Source: Trichodesmium erythraeum IMS101
GTDB taxonomy: Bacteria > Cyanobacteriota > Cyanobacteriia > Cyanobacteriales > Microcoleaceae
Direction: 5' to 3'
DNA length: 32,000 nt
Assembly: GCF_000014265.1 (NCBI RefSeq)
Contig: NC_008312.1
Location: 120,001 to 152,000 of the forward strand
Shown: positions 1 to 11,092 of the stretch, in pieces
How positions within the stretch are numbered: the first letter of the stretch is position 1
Layout: every line of letters begins with the position of its first letter
Notes under the pieces: generated by a model
The model's input: the letters and a program-made list of their open reading frames with translations, nothing else
Told to the model about the DNA's origin: nothing
Databases searched by the model: none
Made by a program: the position numbers and the translations under genes

Positions 1-2
1 AA

Positions 3-1190
3 GTGCTACATCCTAGGGCTGTTGAAATTGCTCGAAATTATGGAATGCCATTAGTAGTCTTATCAAGTTGGAGCGATGCACCAGGTACCCGTGTAGTTTC
101 AGCAATACCCAAACGTCCTGCCTTGCAAGATTTAGAATTAACTAAACCTGTAGACGCCGTAGAATATGATACTAACCAAGCTGGAATTTCTATGCTGCGC
201 CTTCCGGATCGCCCTGGTGTGGCAGCCCAATTATTTTCTGGTATTGCTCTACAAAATATAGATGTAGATTTGATTATTCAATCTATTCACGAAAGCAATA
301 CTAATGATATTGCGTTTACCGTCAGTAAAGATGTATTGAAACAAGCAGCAGCAGTTGCAGATGCTATGCTGCCGGCTTTAGGAAAAAATGCTCACCCCAG
401 TTTGGGGGAACCAGAAGTTAAAACAGAAGAGCGACCTATTGCCAAAGTTAGTCTTGTGGGTGCGGGAATGATCGGGCGACCAGAAGTAGCAGCCAAAATG
501 TTTGAAGCTCTGGCAGCAGCAGGAGTCAATATAATAATGATTTCCACTTCGGAGGTTAAGGTCAGTTGTGTAGTAGATGCAGAAGACTGTAAAAAAACAG
601 TTAATTCTTTGTGTCAAGCATTTGATGTGGATGTTGCAGATATTTCCAGTAGCTCTACTGCTGGTGAGTCGGAAGAAGTGCCCCCACCAGTGCGAGGGGT
701 GGCTTTGGATATAAAGCAAGCAAGACTGGCAGTGCGTCAAGTTCCGGATCATCCAGGAATGGCAGCCAAGATATTTGGTTTGTTGGCGCAGCAGAATATT
801 AGTGTAGATATGATTATTCAATCTCAACGCTGCCACAGTGTGGATGGAGTTTTGACTCGTGATATTGCTTTTACTGTATCTCAACCAGAGGGAGAAACTG
901 CATATCAAATTTTGGCAAATACAGCGGCTGACTTTGGTTGGGGAGAAGTGGTATTGGAGAGTAGTATCGCGAAAGTGAGTGTAGTTGGCTCCGGAATGAT
1001 TTCTCATCCAGGGGTAGCAGCACAGATGTTTGAGGCGTTGGCAGCAAGTCAAATCAATATTTTGATGATTACCACTTCGGAAATTAAAATTAGTTGTGTG
1101 GTAGAAGAGGAGGATGGTGTGAAGGCATTGCAAGCTATTCATAAAGCTTTTTGTTTGTCTGCTAATGAGGTAGTTAAAGTTCCAGCTTAA
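3..1190 (+). CDS. lysC: Aspartate kinase, C-terminal part (5' end lies outside the window); regulatory region with two ACT-domain pairs
   Basis: ORF is open from the window edge. The end of the kinase fold (HPRAVEIARNYGMPLVV) is followed by two homologous ACT modules (VSLVGAGMIGRPEVAAKMFEALAAAGVNIIMISTSEVKVSCVV and VSVVGSGMISHPGVAAQMFEALAASQINILMITTSEIKISCVV). This duplicated arrangement is known for cyanobacterial aspartokinases. Confidence 0.9.
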   Translation: MLHPRAVEIARNYGMPLVVLSSWSDAPGTRVVSAIPKRPALQDLELTKPVDAVEYDTNQAGISMLRLPDRPGVAAQLFSGIALQNIDVDLIIQSIHESNTNDIAFTVSKDVLKQAAAVADAMLPALGKNAHPSLGEPEVKTEERPIAKVSLVGAGMIGRPEVAAKMFEALAAAGVNIIMISTSEVKVSCVVDAEDCKKTVNSLCQAFDVDVADISSSSTAGESEEVPPPVRGVALDIKQARLAVRQVPDHPGMAAKIFGLLAQQNISVDMIIQSQRCHSVDGVLTRDIAFTVSQPEGETAYQILANTAADFGWGEVVLESSIAKVSVVGSGMISHPGVAAQMFEALAASQINILMITTSEIKISCVVEEEDGVKALQAIHKAFCLSANEVVKVPA

Positions 1191-2032
1191 GGGTTCTATA
1201 AGGTACAAAAATCATAGTCTAACCTCTGTGGTGCGGCCATCTTACCCGCCACATAGGGACTTTATTTGAGCAGGGTATTTGTCTAATCTTTTAATCAAAA
1301 ACCAGGCTTTTTTGAGTCTCGAAATATATCCAACATTGAAGATCTCAATGGATAAATTAAGGAATTAACAGGCCAGAAAATTTTGTTAATGTTGTCATAG
1401 AAAAAATCTCCAAAAATTATATTGGTTGTGGGATAGAGCGTGTGGATTTTTTTCAAAATATTTGCTGTAAAAATAGGAAAAAGTTTTTATAAAGAACAGC
1501 CACGAATTGTGATCAGAATATTTGCAGAACTTAAATTGAAACATCATTCAATTAAAATGAAGCCAATTTTAACTTGAAGAACTGCAGTTTTTTTTGAATA
1601 AATAGTTAAGCGATCGCGGAGGGTAGCGGAGTGCTGTATCTTCTAAAATAGAGGGTAAAGATTGATCTTATTTTCATACACTATATATAGTGTTTTGGGG
1701 TAAGTCCTGACTAATAAAAATTACAATCCATCAATTTGATAATATTTTTTTATTTTATATATAAAAATATTATACTAAGCTGTTAAGCATTTCAACGAAT
1801 TATCATAAATTTTAGCAAAATAGCCAATTTTTTACTGTACAAAGTTTTTGCTTGAATTGGTTGTTATTAGAATAAGCAATCTAAATAGTTAACAGCTTAT
1901 GCCCATGAAATTACTTAAAATATAACTAAGCAATTAAACAATCATTGTAATCCTAGTATAGTTTTATGTAATATCTACGTATAAGATGTTCAGCTTAACA
2001 AAATGTATAATTAATTTTACGTACCTGTTGAT

Positions 2033-3379
2033 TCAACTAAAATCACTAGTTAATAATGCCTGTCTAAATTCTTCAGCAGTTTTAAAATAAATTTCTGGCT
2101 CATCAATTAATGCTAAATCAATTACTTCTGCTAATAATTGGGGAATATAAATATTTCTTTGTCTAATTGGCACAGGTTTAGTTTGCAATATAGTTAAAAT
2201 TGGGTCTTTCCCAACAAAATCACGGGGATATTCACCAGTTAACATATTATATAAAGTTGCTGCCATTGCCCAAACATCTACTTCCGGTTTTATATGTTTA
2301 AAATTAATTATTTGTTGCCTGGGCATAAACCGAAAAGTTTCACCTTTGTTTCTTGTGATTATTTGCCTACTAAAACCAGCTAAATTAAAAGCTTTTGCTA
2401 TTCCATAATTTGCTATTTTTACCACTGTTGAGCTATTTATATTACTTATAAAAATATTAGCTGGTTTAATACGCCCGTGAACTAAACCTTTCCCTGTACC
2501 AAAACTACCATCTGCTTTTTGAATGTAAGGAATTTCTGCATTATGAGCATATTCTAAACCATCTAAAGCTTGTATAATAATTGCGACTGACATACTAATA
2601 GATAATCGATCACCACAACGGTCCAACAAATCCTCAATACTATCACCATTACAATATTCTAAAGTCAAAAAAAATCTCTGCTCACTATAACTATAATCCT
2701 TCAATTTCACAACATTCCTATGATTTAAAGCTTTAATATTTTCTATTTCTACTAAAAAACGATTTATAGCCTGAGAATGGATAGCAACTTCTGGCAAGAT
2801 TGTTTTGAAAACCATTAATTTTTGAGTAGATGTATTTCTGACTAAATAAACTTCTCCCAACCTACCTTTATCTAGTAATTTTATGAACCTATAACCTTTG
2901 GGAATTGTAATGATGATATTATTGTTTCCTGATTTTGTTGATTTAGCCGATAATTCAATAGTTTCTGTCTGGGTAATTTTAGGTATAGAAATCGTCTCTG
3001 GAGGAATCTCTATTTGAGTTTCAATACTTAGCTGAAAAATAGTTGTACCTAATTGAATTTTGTCTCCTGATTTTAAATCATATTCAGGAAACTGCATTTT
3101 TGCCGTAGCTTCAGATTTATATTTTGCTTGAAGTTTTCCAATTTTTTTACCATTAATATAAGTACCATTTTTACTGCCAAAATCATATATTTGTACATAA
3201 GGATAATTAATGTCAAGTATGCAATGATAACGAGAAATAGTACGATGTTCTTCATTATTTGGTAGTCTTATGTGACAGTTGTGATGACGACCGATAATAC
3301 AGATACTTCTTTCTTCAAATATAAATTCTTTGCCACTCAGACTTCCTTGGATAATAGTCAGTTTGACTTGAACAAACAT
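2033..3379 (-). CDS. FHA domain protein fused to a Ser/Thr protein kinase-like domain (predicted pseudokinase)
   Basis: The N-terminal FHA hallmarks are intact (IIGR, ISRYH, SKNGTYING). The C-terminal Hanks-type kinase fold is recognisable (MVFK lysine, VEIENIKALNHRNVVKL, DVWAMAATLYNMLTGEYP). The catalytic loop reads HGRIKPAN instead of HRDxKPxN, DFG reads NYG, and APE reads PRQ. Confidence 0.8.
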   Translation of the reverse strand: MFVQVKLTIIQGSLSGKEFIFEERSICIIGRHHNCHIRLPNNEEHRTISRYHCILDINYPYVQIYDFGSKNGTYINGKKIGKLQAKYKSEATAKMQFPEYDLKSGDKIQLGTTIFQLSIETQIEIPPETISIPKITQTETIELSAKSTKSGNNNIIITIPKGYRFIKLLDKGRLGEVYLVRNTSTQKLMVFKTILPEVAIHSQAINRFLVEIENIKALNHRNVVKLKDYSYSEQRFFLTLEYCNGDSIEDLLDRCGDRLSISMSVAIIIQALDGLEYAHNAEIPYIQKADGSFGTGKGLVHGRIKPANIFISNINSSTVVKIANYGIAKAFNLAGFSRQIITRNKGETFRFMPRQQIINFKHIKPEVDVWAMAATLYNMLTGEYPRDFVGKDPILTILQTKPVPIRQRNIYIPQLLAEVIDLALIDEPEIYFKTAEEFRQALLTSDFS

Positions 3380-4515
3380 AATAGAAATTACACAAAAAAT
3401 AAGTCAAAAAATAGGTTCAAATATATATAGATAAATGCTTTGAATAAAAAAAAATTAATTCTTCATTGCCAATTATTATAGCCATTTTTAGGGAACCAGG
3501 ATAGTTTCCTTGCCTAGACTAAAATTTAGGCATTTTTTATTCCAGAAAACATCTAATAACAAGGGTGAAAAAAGAATGTTTTCTAATAACAAGGACTAGA
3601 AAAAGACTTGATAATAGGTGTTCCTTTAATTAAAAAATATCAGTTATAAACTAAGAAGTAGTATCGAACCTATTCCTATTTGACTTAGTCCGCCTGACGC
3701 AAAAAAAAATTCCTAGCTATTTGTAGCAAATATTTATCAGGATTAGTATAATATCAAATCTCAAAAGTATTGCTGTATCTTCTTGAGAGTAGGTAGGAAC
3801 CTTCCATGTAAAAAAGCTAAGTCCTGGGGCTGAACGAGTAAATAATAATCGCCTTCTTTGCTTAGAACCATTAAAAACATTGCTCACCTTGTTTATCACT
3901 TAATTCTTGAAGTTTTGAGAAAGTATAGCATTATTTTCGGGAATTAGCATCCGCATCAATAAGACAGTTATAACTTTGATATTTTATATGTTTATAATAT
4001 TAATTATTGTATAATTATATTCTATAATATTATTTCTACTTAATTAGTGCTCACAAATAATTTCATCTTTTACAATTTAATTTTTCTTTTATTCCTTTCT
4101 CTTTATTCCCTAATTATTGATTTATAAGTATTCAACCGGATATCATATAAACACTACTAATGCTTTTGTTAAAGATGACATTATGGTAATTTTACAAAAT
4201 GTTAATTATCAGTTATCATAACATTTATGATAGTGACTTTTCATTGAATAATAGTTATTTTTGATTATTATTTTTATGCTATTCAGAGTGTACAATGACT
4301 TCGATTAGATGGTATAATTTTATTTTTTTATGGTTTTATTTTAGGGATAGAAGAAGACTAAACTAGGAATGATTAATCTAATTATCTGTGTATTTACTTT
4401 AAACAAAATTTATACTAAAATTATCGCTATTATAATATTATAATTATATTTTTTTTGTCCATAATTTGGTCAACAAAAAACTATTGAGTGTCCACCTCTA
4501 TGTAGGAATTAAACG

Positions 4516-5490
4516 ATGCCCCCTAAACTTGTGAAAATTCTCAATGATAGCTATCAAGCTGTGAAAAATGATGGAGAAGATGTGATTAGAGGATTAAGTA
4601 GAAGTCCCAAGAGTTTGCCACCCAAGTATTTTTACGATGATCATGGTTCTAAACTCTTTGAACAAATCTGTGAGTTACCTGAATATTACCCGACTCGTAC
4701 AGAAACTTCTATCTTAAAAGAATATGCTGATGAAATTGCTCAAATAACTGGTAGTCGTGAACTAGTGGAATTAGGTAGTGGCAGTTCTACTAAAACTCGC
4801 TTATTGTTAGATGCTTATCAAGAAGTAGATAATTACTTTACATACATACCAACTGATGTGAGTGGAGGAATACTCAAAACTAGTGTATTAGACCTACAAA
4901 AAAAATATCCAGATTTCACTATTGAGGGATTACTTGGAACTTACCAACAAACTTTAGCCTACCTAAAATCAACTCCTAAAAAATCACGAACAATTTGTTT
5001 TATCGGAAGTTCTGCTGGTAATTTTCCTAGACAAGAATTTGACAATTTATTGAATCAGATTACTAGAAGTTTACAGCCAGAAAATTATTTTTTGCTAGGT
5101 ATTGATTTGCACAAAAATCAAGAAATTTTAGAATCTGCCTATAACGATACTCAAGGAGTTACGGCTGCTTTTAATCTGAATATTTTATCTCATTTAAATT
5201 GGCGTTTTCAAGGAAATTTTGACCTCAATTTCTTCAGTCATGAAGCAATTTATAATCAAGCTAAAAGTCAAATAGAAATGTATCTATATTGCGAAGAAAA
5301 TGTAACATTTTCTCTGGATATTCTAGATTTAAAAGTTAATTTTCAGGCAGGGGAAAGTATTCTAACTGAAATTTCTCGCAAATTCAATCTAGCACTTTTA
5401 CCAACAGAGCTTGAAGCTAAAGGATTAAAAGTTAGGAAAGTTTGGACAGACCCTCAAAAGTGGTTTGGATTAATTCTTTGTCAAACTTAA
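4516..5490 (+). CDS. egtD: EgtD-like L-histidine N-alpha-methyltransferase (Methyltransf_33 / DUF2260 family)
   Basis: Family motifs seen along the whole length: YFYDDHGSKLFEQICELPEYYPTRTE, ELGSGSSTKTR, FIGSSAGNF, LLGIDLHKN, AYNDTQGVTAAFNLNILSHLN, EISRKF. The length of 324 aa is typical. Confidence 0.8.
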   Translation: MPPKLVKILNDSYQAVKNDGEDVIRGLSRSPKSLPPKYFYDDHGSKLFEQICELPEYYPTRTETSILKEYADEIAQITGSRELVELGSGSSTKTRLLLDAYQEVDNYFTYIPTDVSGGILKTSVLDLQKKYPDFTIEGLLGTYQQTLAYLKSTPKKSRTICFIGSSAGNFPRQEFDNLLNQITRSLQPENYFLLGIDLHKNQEILESAYNDTQGVTAAFNLNILSHLNWRFQGNFDLNFFSHEAIYNQAKSQIEMYLYCEENVTFSLDILDLKVNFQAGESILTEISRKFNLALLPTELEAKGLKVRKVWTDPQKWFGLILCQT

Positions 5491-5894
5491 CTTCAGGAAA
5501 TAAATAAAAAAGTATGGTAAGCACTTCACTGTCATATCTCAGTTATTAGCTTTATAAATAATGAATTAGTTATGTTATTTTTTTTCTACTCAAATAATAT
5601 TCTTAGCTATAGTTAAAAATACATTTACTAACCTTAACTATCCATACAAGTAGGTTTCCTAATTAATTCAAAAAAGCTTTTGCTGAGTCTTGATACCTGA
5701 ATGCTTACTAATACTAATTCACTTTAAATATTTCAGACATAATTTCCTAGAATGACTGAGAACCTCAAAGTTTTTGATTTTAAAAATCTTAATAAATGAA
5801 TCTATAAATTCCATGAAATAGTATAATTATCTGGAATTTAAATATCTTAAATTGCAAAATTTAGAGATTAAATTTTTTTCTATTTATAACAATT

Positions 5895-7244
5895 ATGAAC
5901 AGTATAAAATCTACTACTCCACCAAAACTTGATAGTTGTCATGCTGACCTTGATTTTCGCCAATATATCCTTGAATATTTTAAGAATGCTTGGGAAATTG
6001 AAGATCTTTTAATGCATAGTTTAGTGGGAGAAGAAACGTTTTATTCAAAACCCGATCCTTTGAGAAATCCTCTAATTTTTTATCTCGGACATACGGCGGT
6101 TTTTTACATCAATAAATTAGTTTTCGTGGGATTATTAGAAAAGCCTATCAACTTTAACTATGAAAGATTATTTGAGTTAGGAGTAGATCCAAAAAAATCA
6201 GAAGAGTTAGATCAGGCGATCGCTCACATTAACTGGCCTCAACTTGAAGATGTTTGGCAGTATCGAAAAAAAGTCTATCAAAGCGTTATAAGCCTAATTG
6301 AGAAAACCCCTTTAAATCTACCCATCCATCAAGATCATCCTCTTTGGGCATTGATGATGGGTATTGAGCATCAACGTATTCATATTGAGACTTCTTCAAT
6401 GTTGTTTCGGCAACTACCGACTGAAAAACTAAGACGTCCTAGTAATTGGCAATATGCTCCTACTAATGGTGAGGTGGTTGAGAATGAGATGATAGAAGTT
6501 TCTGGTGGAGTAGTTAAACTGGGTAAGCCAGAAGATGATCCTACTTATGGTTGGGATATTGAATACGGCGATCGCCAAGTTAAAGTTGCACCTTTTGTTG
6601 CTAGTAAATATTTAATTACTAATGCAGAATTTTTAGAATTTGTCAAGGGTGGTGGTTACGAAAATCAAGATTATTGGACTCAAGAATCTTGGCATTGGAA
6701 AAATGAAAATAATATCAAACATCCAAAATTTTGGATACCTGAAAATGGTACATCTATATATAGATATCGAGCCATGTTTGATGCAATTAATTTACCTTTA
6801 AATTGGCCTGTGGAAGTCAATCATTATGAAGCAATGGCTTATTGTAGTTGGAGAGGTAAAAATACTAGGTTAATGAGTGAAGCAGAATATAATTTAGCAA
6901 CTTATGGTAATGGTAGAAAAGTAGAGGTAGATAATTACAATTTGAATTTAAAATTTGGTTCTCCAACTCCAGTTGGTTTATTAGAAACTGCAAAAAATGA
7001 ATCAGGATTATATGATTTACGGGGTAATGTTTGGGAATGGTTAAGTGATAATTTGAATCCTCTTTCAGGATATAAAACTCATCAACTATATGAAAATTAT
7101 TCTGCTCCGTTTTTTAATAGTAGACATAATATGATGTTAGGAGGATGTTGGATAACTAGCGGTACAGAAGCTTTCAGATATTATCGTAATTGGTTCCGAC
7201 CTAACTTTTATCAGCATGTTGGTTTTAGAATAGTTCAGGGATAG
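5895..7244 (+). CDS. egtB: Thiohistidine sulfoxide synthase (DinB-like iron domain plus FGE-sulfatase-like domain); EgtB function with OvoA-like sequence, no C-terminal methyltransferase domain
   Basis: HX3HXE iron motif (EHQRIHIE, about nt 6367-6390). N-domain RNPLIFYLGHTAVFYINKL...PINFNYERLFELGVDP. C-domain motifs YEAMAYCSWRG, RGNVWEWLSD, GGCWITSG, GFRIV. Sits 404 bp downstream of the EgtD-like gene on the same strand. Confidence 0.8.
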   Translation: MNSIKSTTPPKLDSCHADLDFRQYILEYFKNAWEIEDLLMHSLVGEETFYSKPDPLRNPLIFYLGHTAVFYINKLVFVGLLEKPINFNYERLFELGVDPKKSEELDQAIAHINWPQLEDVWQYRKKVYQSVISLIEKTPLNLPIHQDHPLWALMMGIEHQRIHIETSSMLFRQLPTEKLRRPSNWQYAPTNGEVVENEMIEVSGGVVKLGKPEDDPTYGWDIEYGDRQVKVAPFVASKYLITNAEFLEFVKGGGYENQDYWTQESWHWKNENNIKHPKFWIPENGTSIYRYRAMFDAINLPLNWPVEVNHYEAMAYCSWRGKNTRLMSEAEYNLATYGNGRKVEVDNYNLNLKFGSPTPVGLLETAKNESGLYDLRGNVWEWLSDNLNPLSGYKTHQLYENYSAPFFNSRHNMMLGGCWITSGTEAFRYYRNWFRPNFYQHVGFRIVQG

Positions 7245-7813
7245 AAAGATGTATAGCGTTTCTCAGACTAACGAGGTAGACCTATCTTTACAGAAGTGTT
7301 GAATGTTTTAATGTTGAACTGTATCTCACTATCTTGAAAAGTGCTGTAATTATTTTCAAATAGTATAAAATGAGTTGAGATTTAGAATACTAAAGATACA
7401 AAAGTTATTTGATTTTTATTATGAAATATAATTTCATCTAAAAATTGCTATTAGCGGCACAATTTTCAGCAGGTATTATATTTTTTATTAAAGCATACAA
7501 AGCTTAATTTTATAGCACAAATTATTGTGTACTGGACTATTGGTTCTATATCGTTTTATTTTCTTGGCATTCTCATTAAAAAAGGAATTAATAGCAAGGA
7601 TAATTTGAGAAATAAACTAACAATAATAGTGAATAAAATTAAGAAACAACTATTTCCTTCGTTTACTCTAAAAGGAATTTTTATAGGACAAACAGAGGTG
7701 ATATCCACACCCTATAATCTAGTTATTTATAGTGTTTAAATTAATAACTATAATATCCTGTTGCTTCCTAGGATTTTCCAGGAAATACTTGCCCTAATTA
7801 ATATAGTAAAATC

Positions 7814-8764
7814 ATGATATTTATTAGCTAAAAAATAGACTTTGCTTTCAAAAAAATATTTGGCTCTACTTATAGTAAAGATATATTAATTAGTTTTTTG
7901 AATGCTTTAATATATTCTGGTAAATCAATAATTCAAGATTTAGAAATAATCGACCCCTATAGTCCGGGAGATGTCATTAGTTTAAAAGATATTTATCTAG
8001 ATGTAAAAGCTCTCTTAAATAATGGCTCGAATGTGATAATTTCAATGCAAGTTTTAAACGTTTCAGTATTTGAAAAGCGAGTAGTTTATAATCTATGTAA
8101 AACTTATGGGAATTAATTAGATACTGGAGAGGGATATCGAATATTAAAACCAGCAATTGCTTTAACGATTAAAGATTTTAAAATGTTTGAGAAAACAGAT
8201 TAATATATTAATCATTTTTTGTTTAAGGAGAAAGAGAAATCATTTGACTATATAGATGAAGAAGTAGCAATGATATTTGTTTAATTACCAAAATTAATGA
8301 AAACATTAGATGAGCTAGAAAACATCACAGATAAATGGATTTATTTTGTGAAATTAACTCCAAGTCTAGAAGTAATTTTCACTAATTTAGCAGAAATAGA
8401 AGAGATATAAAAAGTTTTAAATATTGCTAATATGACAAATCTATTAAGAAAAGAATTAGAGGAAGTACACAAGGGGGAAGTATTTTTAGAAGACCGTGCG
8501 GGTCAAATTATACTAGCTCGACAGGAGGGACGAGAAGAGGGACGAGAAGAGGGAGGGCAACAAGGAATAGAGCAAGGGTTAGAAGCAGGTAAGTTGTGAA
8601 TGTAAAGGCTAATATTAGGTCAACTGGAGAGAAAATTTTCAGCATAAATTTTTGCTATAATTAAAGAGAATATTCAATATTTATCTCTGGAAAAGTTAGA
8701 AAATTTAGGGATAATAATTGATGGTTTTAGCAGATTAGAAAATTTGTCTAACTGGTGTCAATAA
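7814..8764 (+). pseudogene. Decayed Rpn-family / PD-(D/E)XK nuclease family transposase-like gene
   Basis: The family is readable across several frames with in-frame stops. Pieces include MIFIS*KIDFAFKKIFGSTYSKDILISFLNALIYSG..., LDVKALLNNGSNVIISMQV, YRILKPAIALTIKDFKMF, a REEGREEG acidic-basic tail and a C-terminal LSLEKLENLG...LENLSNW. The listed ORF 7898..8116 is one fragment of it. Confidence 0.65.
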
Positions 8765-9442
8765 TTAGAAAGCTGTAGGTGTTCAACAATTAATAATTAA
8801 TAATTAATTATTATCTCTTTTTGTAACCCAAATTTCCCACGAAAAGCATACTAAAACAGTATTTTTTAAGGAAGAAGGTGGATGACAGCTTCTTTGATTA
8901 ATAATTACTATCAATAGTTTTTATAATATTTATTTTTACTTATAAACTTCATGGTTATTCCCAGGCAAGGCTTTCAATGGCTAGCCTAAAATATTACGTT
9001 TTGACGTGGGGAATGTAGCTTATAAAAAAGAATAGAATTAAGCTAAAAAAAATTTTTATTCATAAATGGAGAGGCTTTATACTTTAAATTTTTTCGGTAA
9101 ATTGCTGTTAAAATATTATAGTAGAAGGGCATGCATAAATTATGACTCAAAAAAAGGTCTGACTTAATAACTGACCTAAGTATTATTTGTCATTATCTGT
9201 TTTCTAAGTAAATTGAAGTTTTTGAATGACAATAAGCATAACAATATTAATCCCAAGTTTCCTTGGGATTAATTTAACTATATGAAATAGAAAAAATCCT
9301 AGATAAATTAACATTAACTACTCTCAAATTACGTCCTAAAAAGAATTAAAAATTACAGGATAATTTTTGCAAATAAATTTTATTTATTAGGCAGAATGTA
9401 ATTATTGATTATAGCCAATTACTGATTCTCACCAGACAAATT

Positions 9443-9839
9443 ATGTTCCTGAAATTTATCGCAATATTAAACCCATACCCTGAAGTTATTTTGTCAGATA
9501 TGGAAAAATAATTCAGCCTCAGATTCCAAAATCTCAAAAACTATGCGAAACTGTGAATCAAGTTATTAAAAATCTAACAAATAAACAACTTTTTCCTTGA
9601 CAATATCTCAGGTTGGGTGCAATACTAATATTATTGAAAAAAAAGGTAAATATCCTTGGCATTATGCTCGAAATATTATTACAGCTTTGTTGTATTTGAA
9701 CAAAGTTGATGGAGGAGAAATTGCATTTTATCCTAATTATAGAATTATTTTACCCAAAGCTAAATTTTCTAGATTTCAAAAAGTGATAGATAGGGTACAA
9801 AAATTTAGTTTTTTTCGTCATACCTTTGGCAAATAAATT
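9443..9839 (+). pseudogene. Possible relic of a 2OG-Fe(II) oxygenase-type gene
   Basis: Weak. An NPYPEVILSDMEK-like start (cf. the PFPhhVIDNFL starts of this family) ends in a stop. The ORF 9597..9836 downstream contains LYLNKVDGGEIAFYPNYRIILPKAKFSRF, which resembles the GGEL.F...P..G strand motif. Fragments are in different frames. Confidence 0.25.
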
Positions 9840-10200
9840 ATTATTATACATCAGCCTGGTTTACGGTTAGTTATGATGGGTGATAAATGTCTACATATTG
9901 TTTCTCCGGTAACAGAAGCAAAGGGGTAAATTAATGTTTTTATGAATTAGGATTTACCTAATGCTAGTTTTGTAATTAAATACAAACTGAATAGCTATTT
10001 ATATAGTTCAGAATAGGTGTTAAATACAGACATAAATTGCTATTAATATTAGATCTGCCAAATAACCAGCAAAATTGAAATATATAAATAGAGATATAAG
10101 TATCATGATTTTCATCTATCTTTTATTTTATATTTACTAAAAATTACAAATTTTGTTTGCTATAAAGTCTGAAATTTTGATTTTTTAACTGATAACTGAA

Positions 10201-10701
10201 ATGACAATGAAACCAAATCCAATTCCACCCCAACCAGGCCAAGAATCAGTTTGGGATTATCCTCGTCCAGCTCGTTTAGAAGATACAAATAAATCTATTC
10301 GAGTGATTTTTAATAATGTAGTTTTGGCAGAAACAAATAAAGCAAAAAGAGTATTAGAAACTAGTCATCCTCCTAGTTATTATATTCCTCCTGAAGATGT
10401 TAAAAGAGAGTATTTAATTCCTAATCCCAGGAAAACTTTTTGTGAGTGGAAAGGTTACGCTTCCTATTACGATATTTCAGTAGAGGATAAGTATGTTAAT
10501 TATCCAGTCTGGCAATATTTGGAGCCAACCCCTGATTTTCTACCTATAAAAGGATATTATAGTTTTTATGCTAATTTAATGGATGCTTGTTATGTTAATG
10601 ATGAGTTAGTAAAGGCTCAATCTGGTAATCTTTACGGAGGATGGATTACCTCTGATATTGTCGGACCATTTAAAGGGGAACCTGGTACAAGATGGTGGTA
10701 A
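10201..10701 (+). CDS. DUF427 domain-containing protein
   Basis: Characteristic ESVWDYPRPARLE start, ETSHPPSYYIPPEDV, CEWKGYASYYD, and the C-terminal YGGWITSDIVGPFKGEPGTRWW. Confidence 0.8.
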   Translation: MTMKPNPIPPQPGQESVWDYPRPARLEDTNKSIRVIFNNVVLAETNKAKRVLETSHPPSYYIPPEDVKREYLIPNPRKTFCEWKGYASYYDISVEDKYVNYPVWQYLEPTPDFLPIKGYYSFYANLMDACYVNDELVKAQSGNLYGGWITSDIVGPFKGEPGTRWW

Positions 10702-11092
10702 ATAATTGATAATGAAAAGGAGAGAAATTCTGTTAAAATAAAAGTAATTAAAGAAGTTTTTCGGGTGAATTTATTTGATGATGAAGATTTATTGTGGATA
10801 TTTAAAGCAATGATAGGTTGATTAACTCATACTTTTTTTGAATGTATTGGGAAAATTGATGAAAGTTCCTTGATGATGAAAAAATGTCTGTAAAAATGTT
10901 TCTCTGGAAAAGTACTAAATATGTTTTCTGAACAGGTTGGCTTAGATACTACTATTGACTGGGAAAAAATAGATAAAAAATATAATTATGTGTATGGAAA
11001 AGAACACGCAATTCTAGAATGGTTATTTGAAAAGACTAGGGAAAATTTGTAAATATAATTAATAATCAAGGGCAGAGAAAAAAAGGTAAAAA

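Noticed and set aside
378-1208. 276-aa ORF on the minus strand
   Set aside because: Antisense shadow of the aspartokinase gene. It is Cys/His/Ser-rich and low in complexity, with no recognisable motif.
1227-1253. Hairpin TGTGGTGCGG...CCGCCACA after the aspartokinase stop, considered as a terminator
   Set aside because: The stem is imperfect and there is no following T-tract. Not reported as a feature.
3073-3255. 60-aa ORF inside the FHA-kinase gene
   Set aside because: Alternative frame of a well-supported CDS, with the AT-rich codon bias typical of a shadow ORF.
3655-3712. tRNA-like TCGAACC / GCGTCAGGCGGACT segment
   Set aside because: I could not fold a T-arm or an acceptor stem on either strand. 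It is at most a fragment.
3717-3899. 60-aa ORF (MINKVSNVFNGSKQRRRLLF...)
   Set aside because: No RBS and no family resemblance, and it sits in an AT-rich ORF-free tract. Insufficient support.
7527-7739. 70-aa GTG-start ORF
   Set aside because: Low-complexity Ile/Lys-rich sequence just upstream of the Rpn-like pseudogene, with no support.
10921-11052. 43-aa ORF MFSEQVGLDTTIDWEKIDKKYNYVYGKEHAILEWLFEKTRENL between the DUF427 and methyltransferase genes
   Set aside because: It might be the tail of a decayed gene or a real small protein, but there is no RBS and I cannot recognise a family. Not called.
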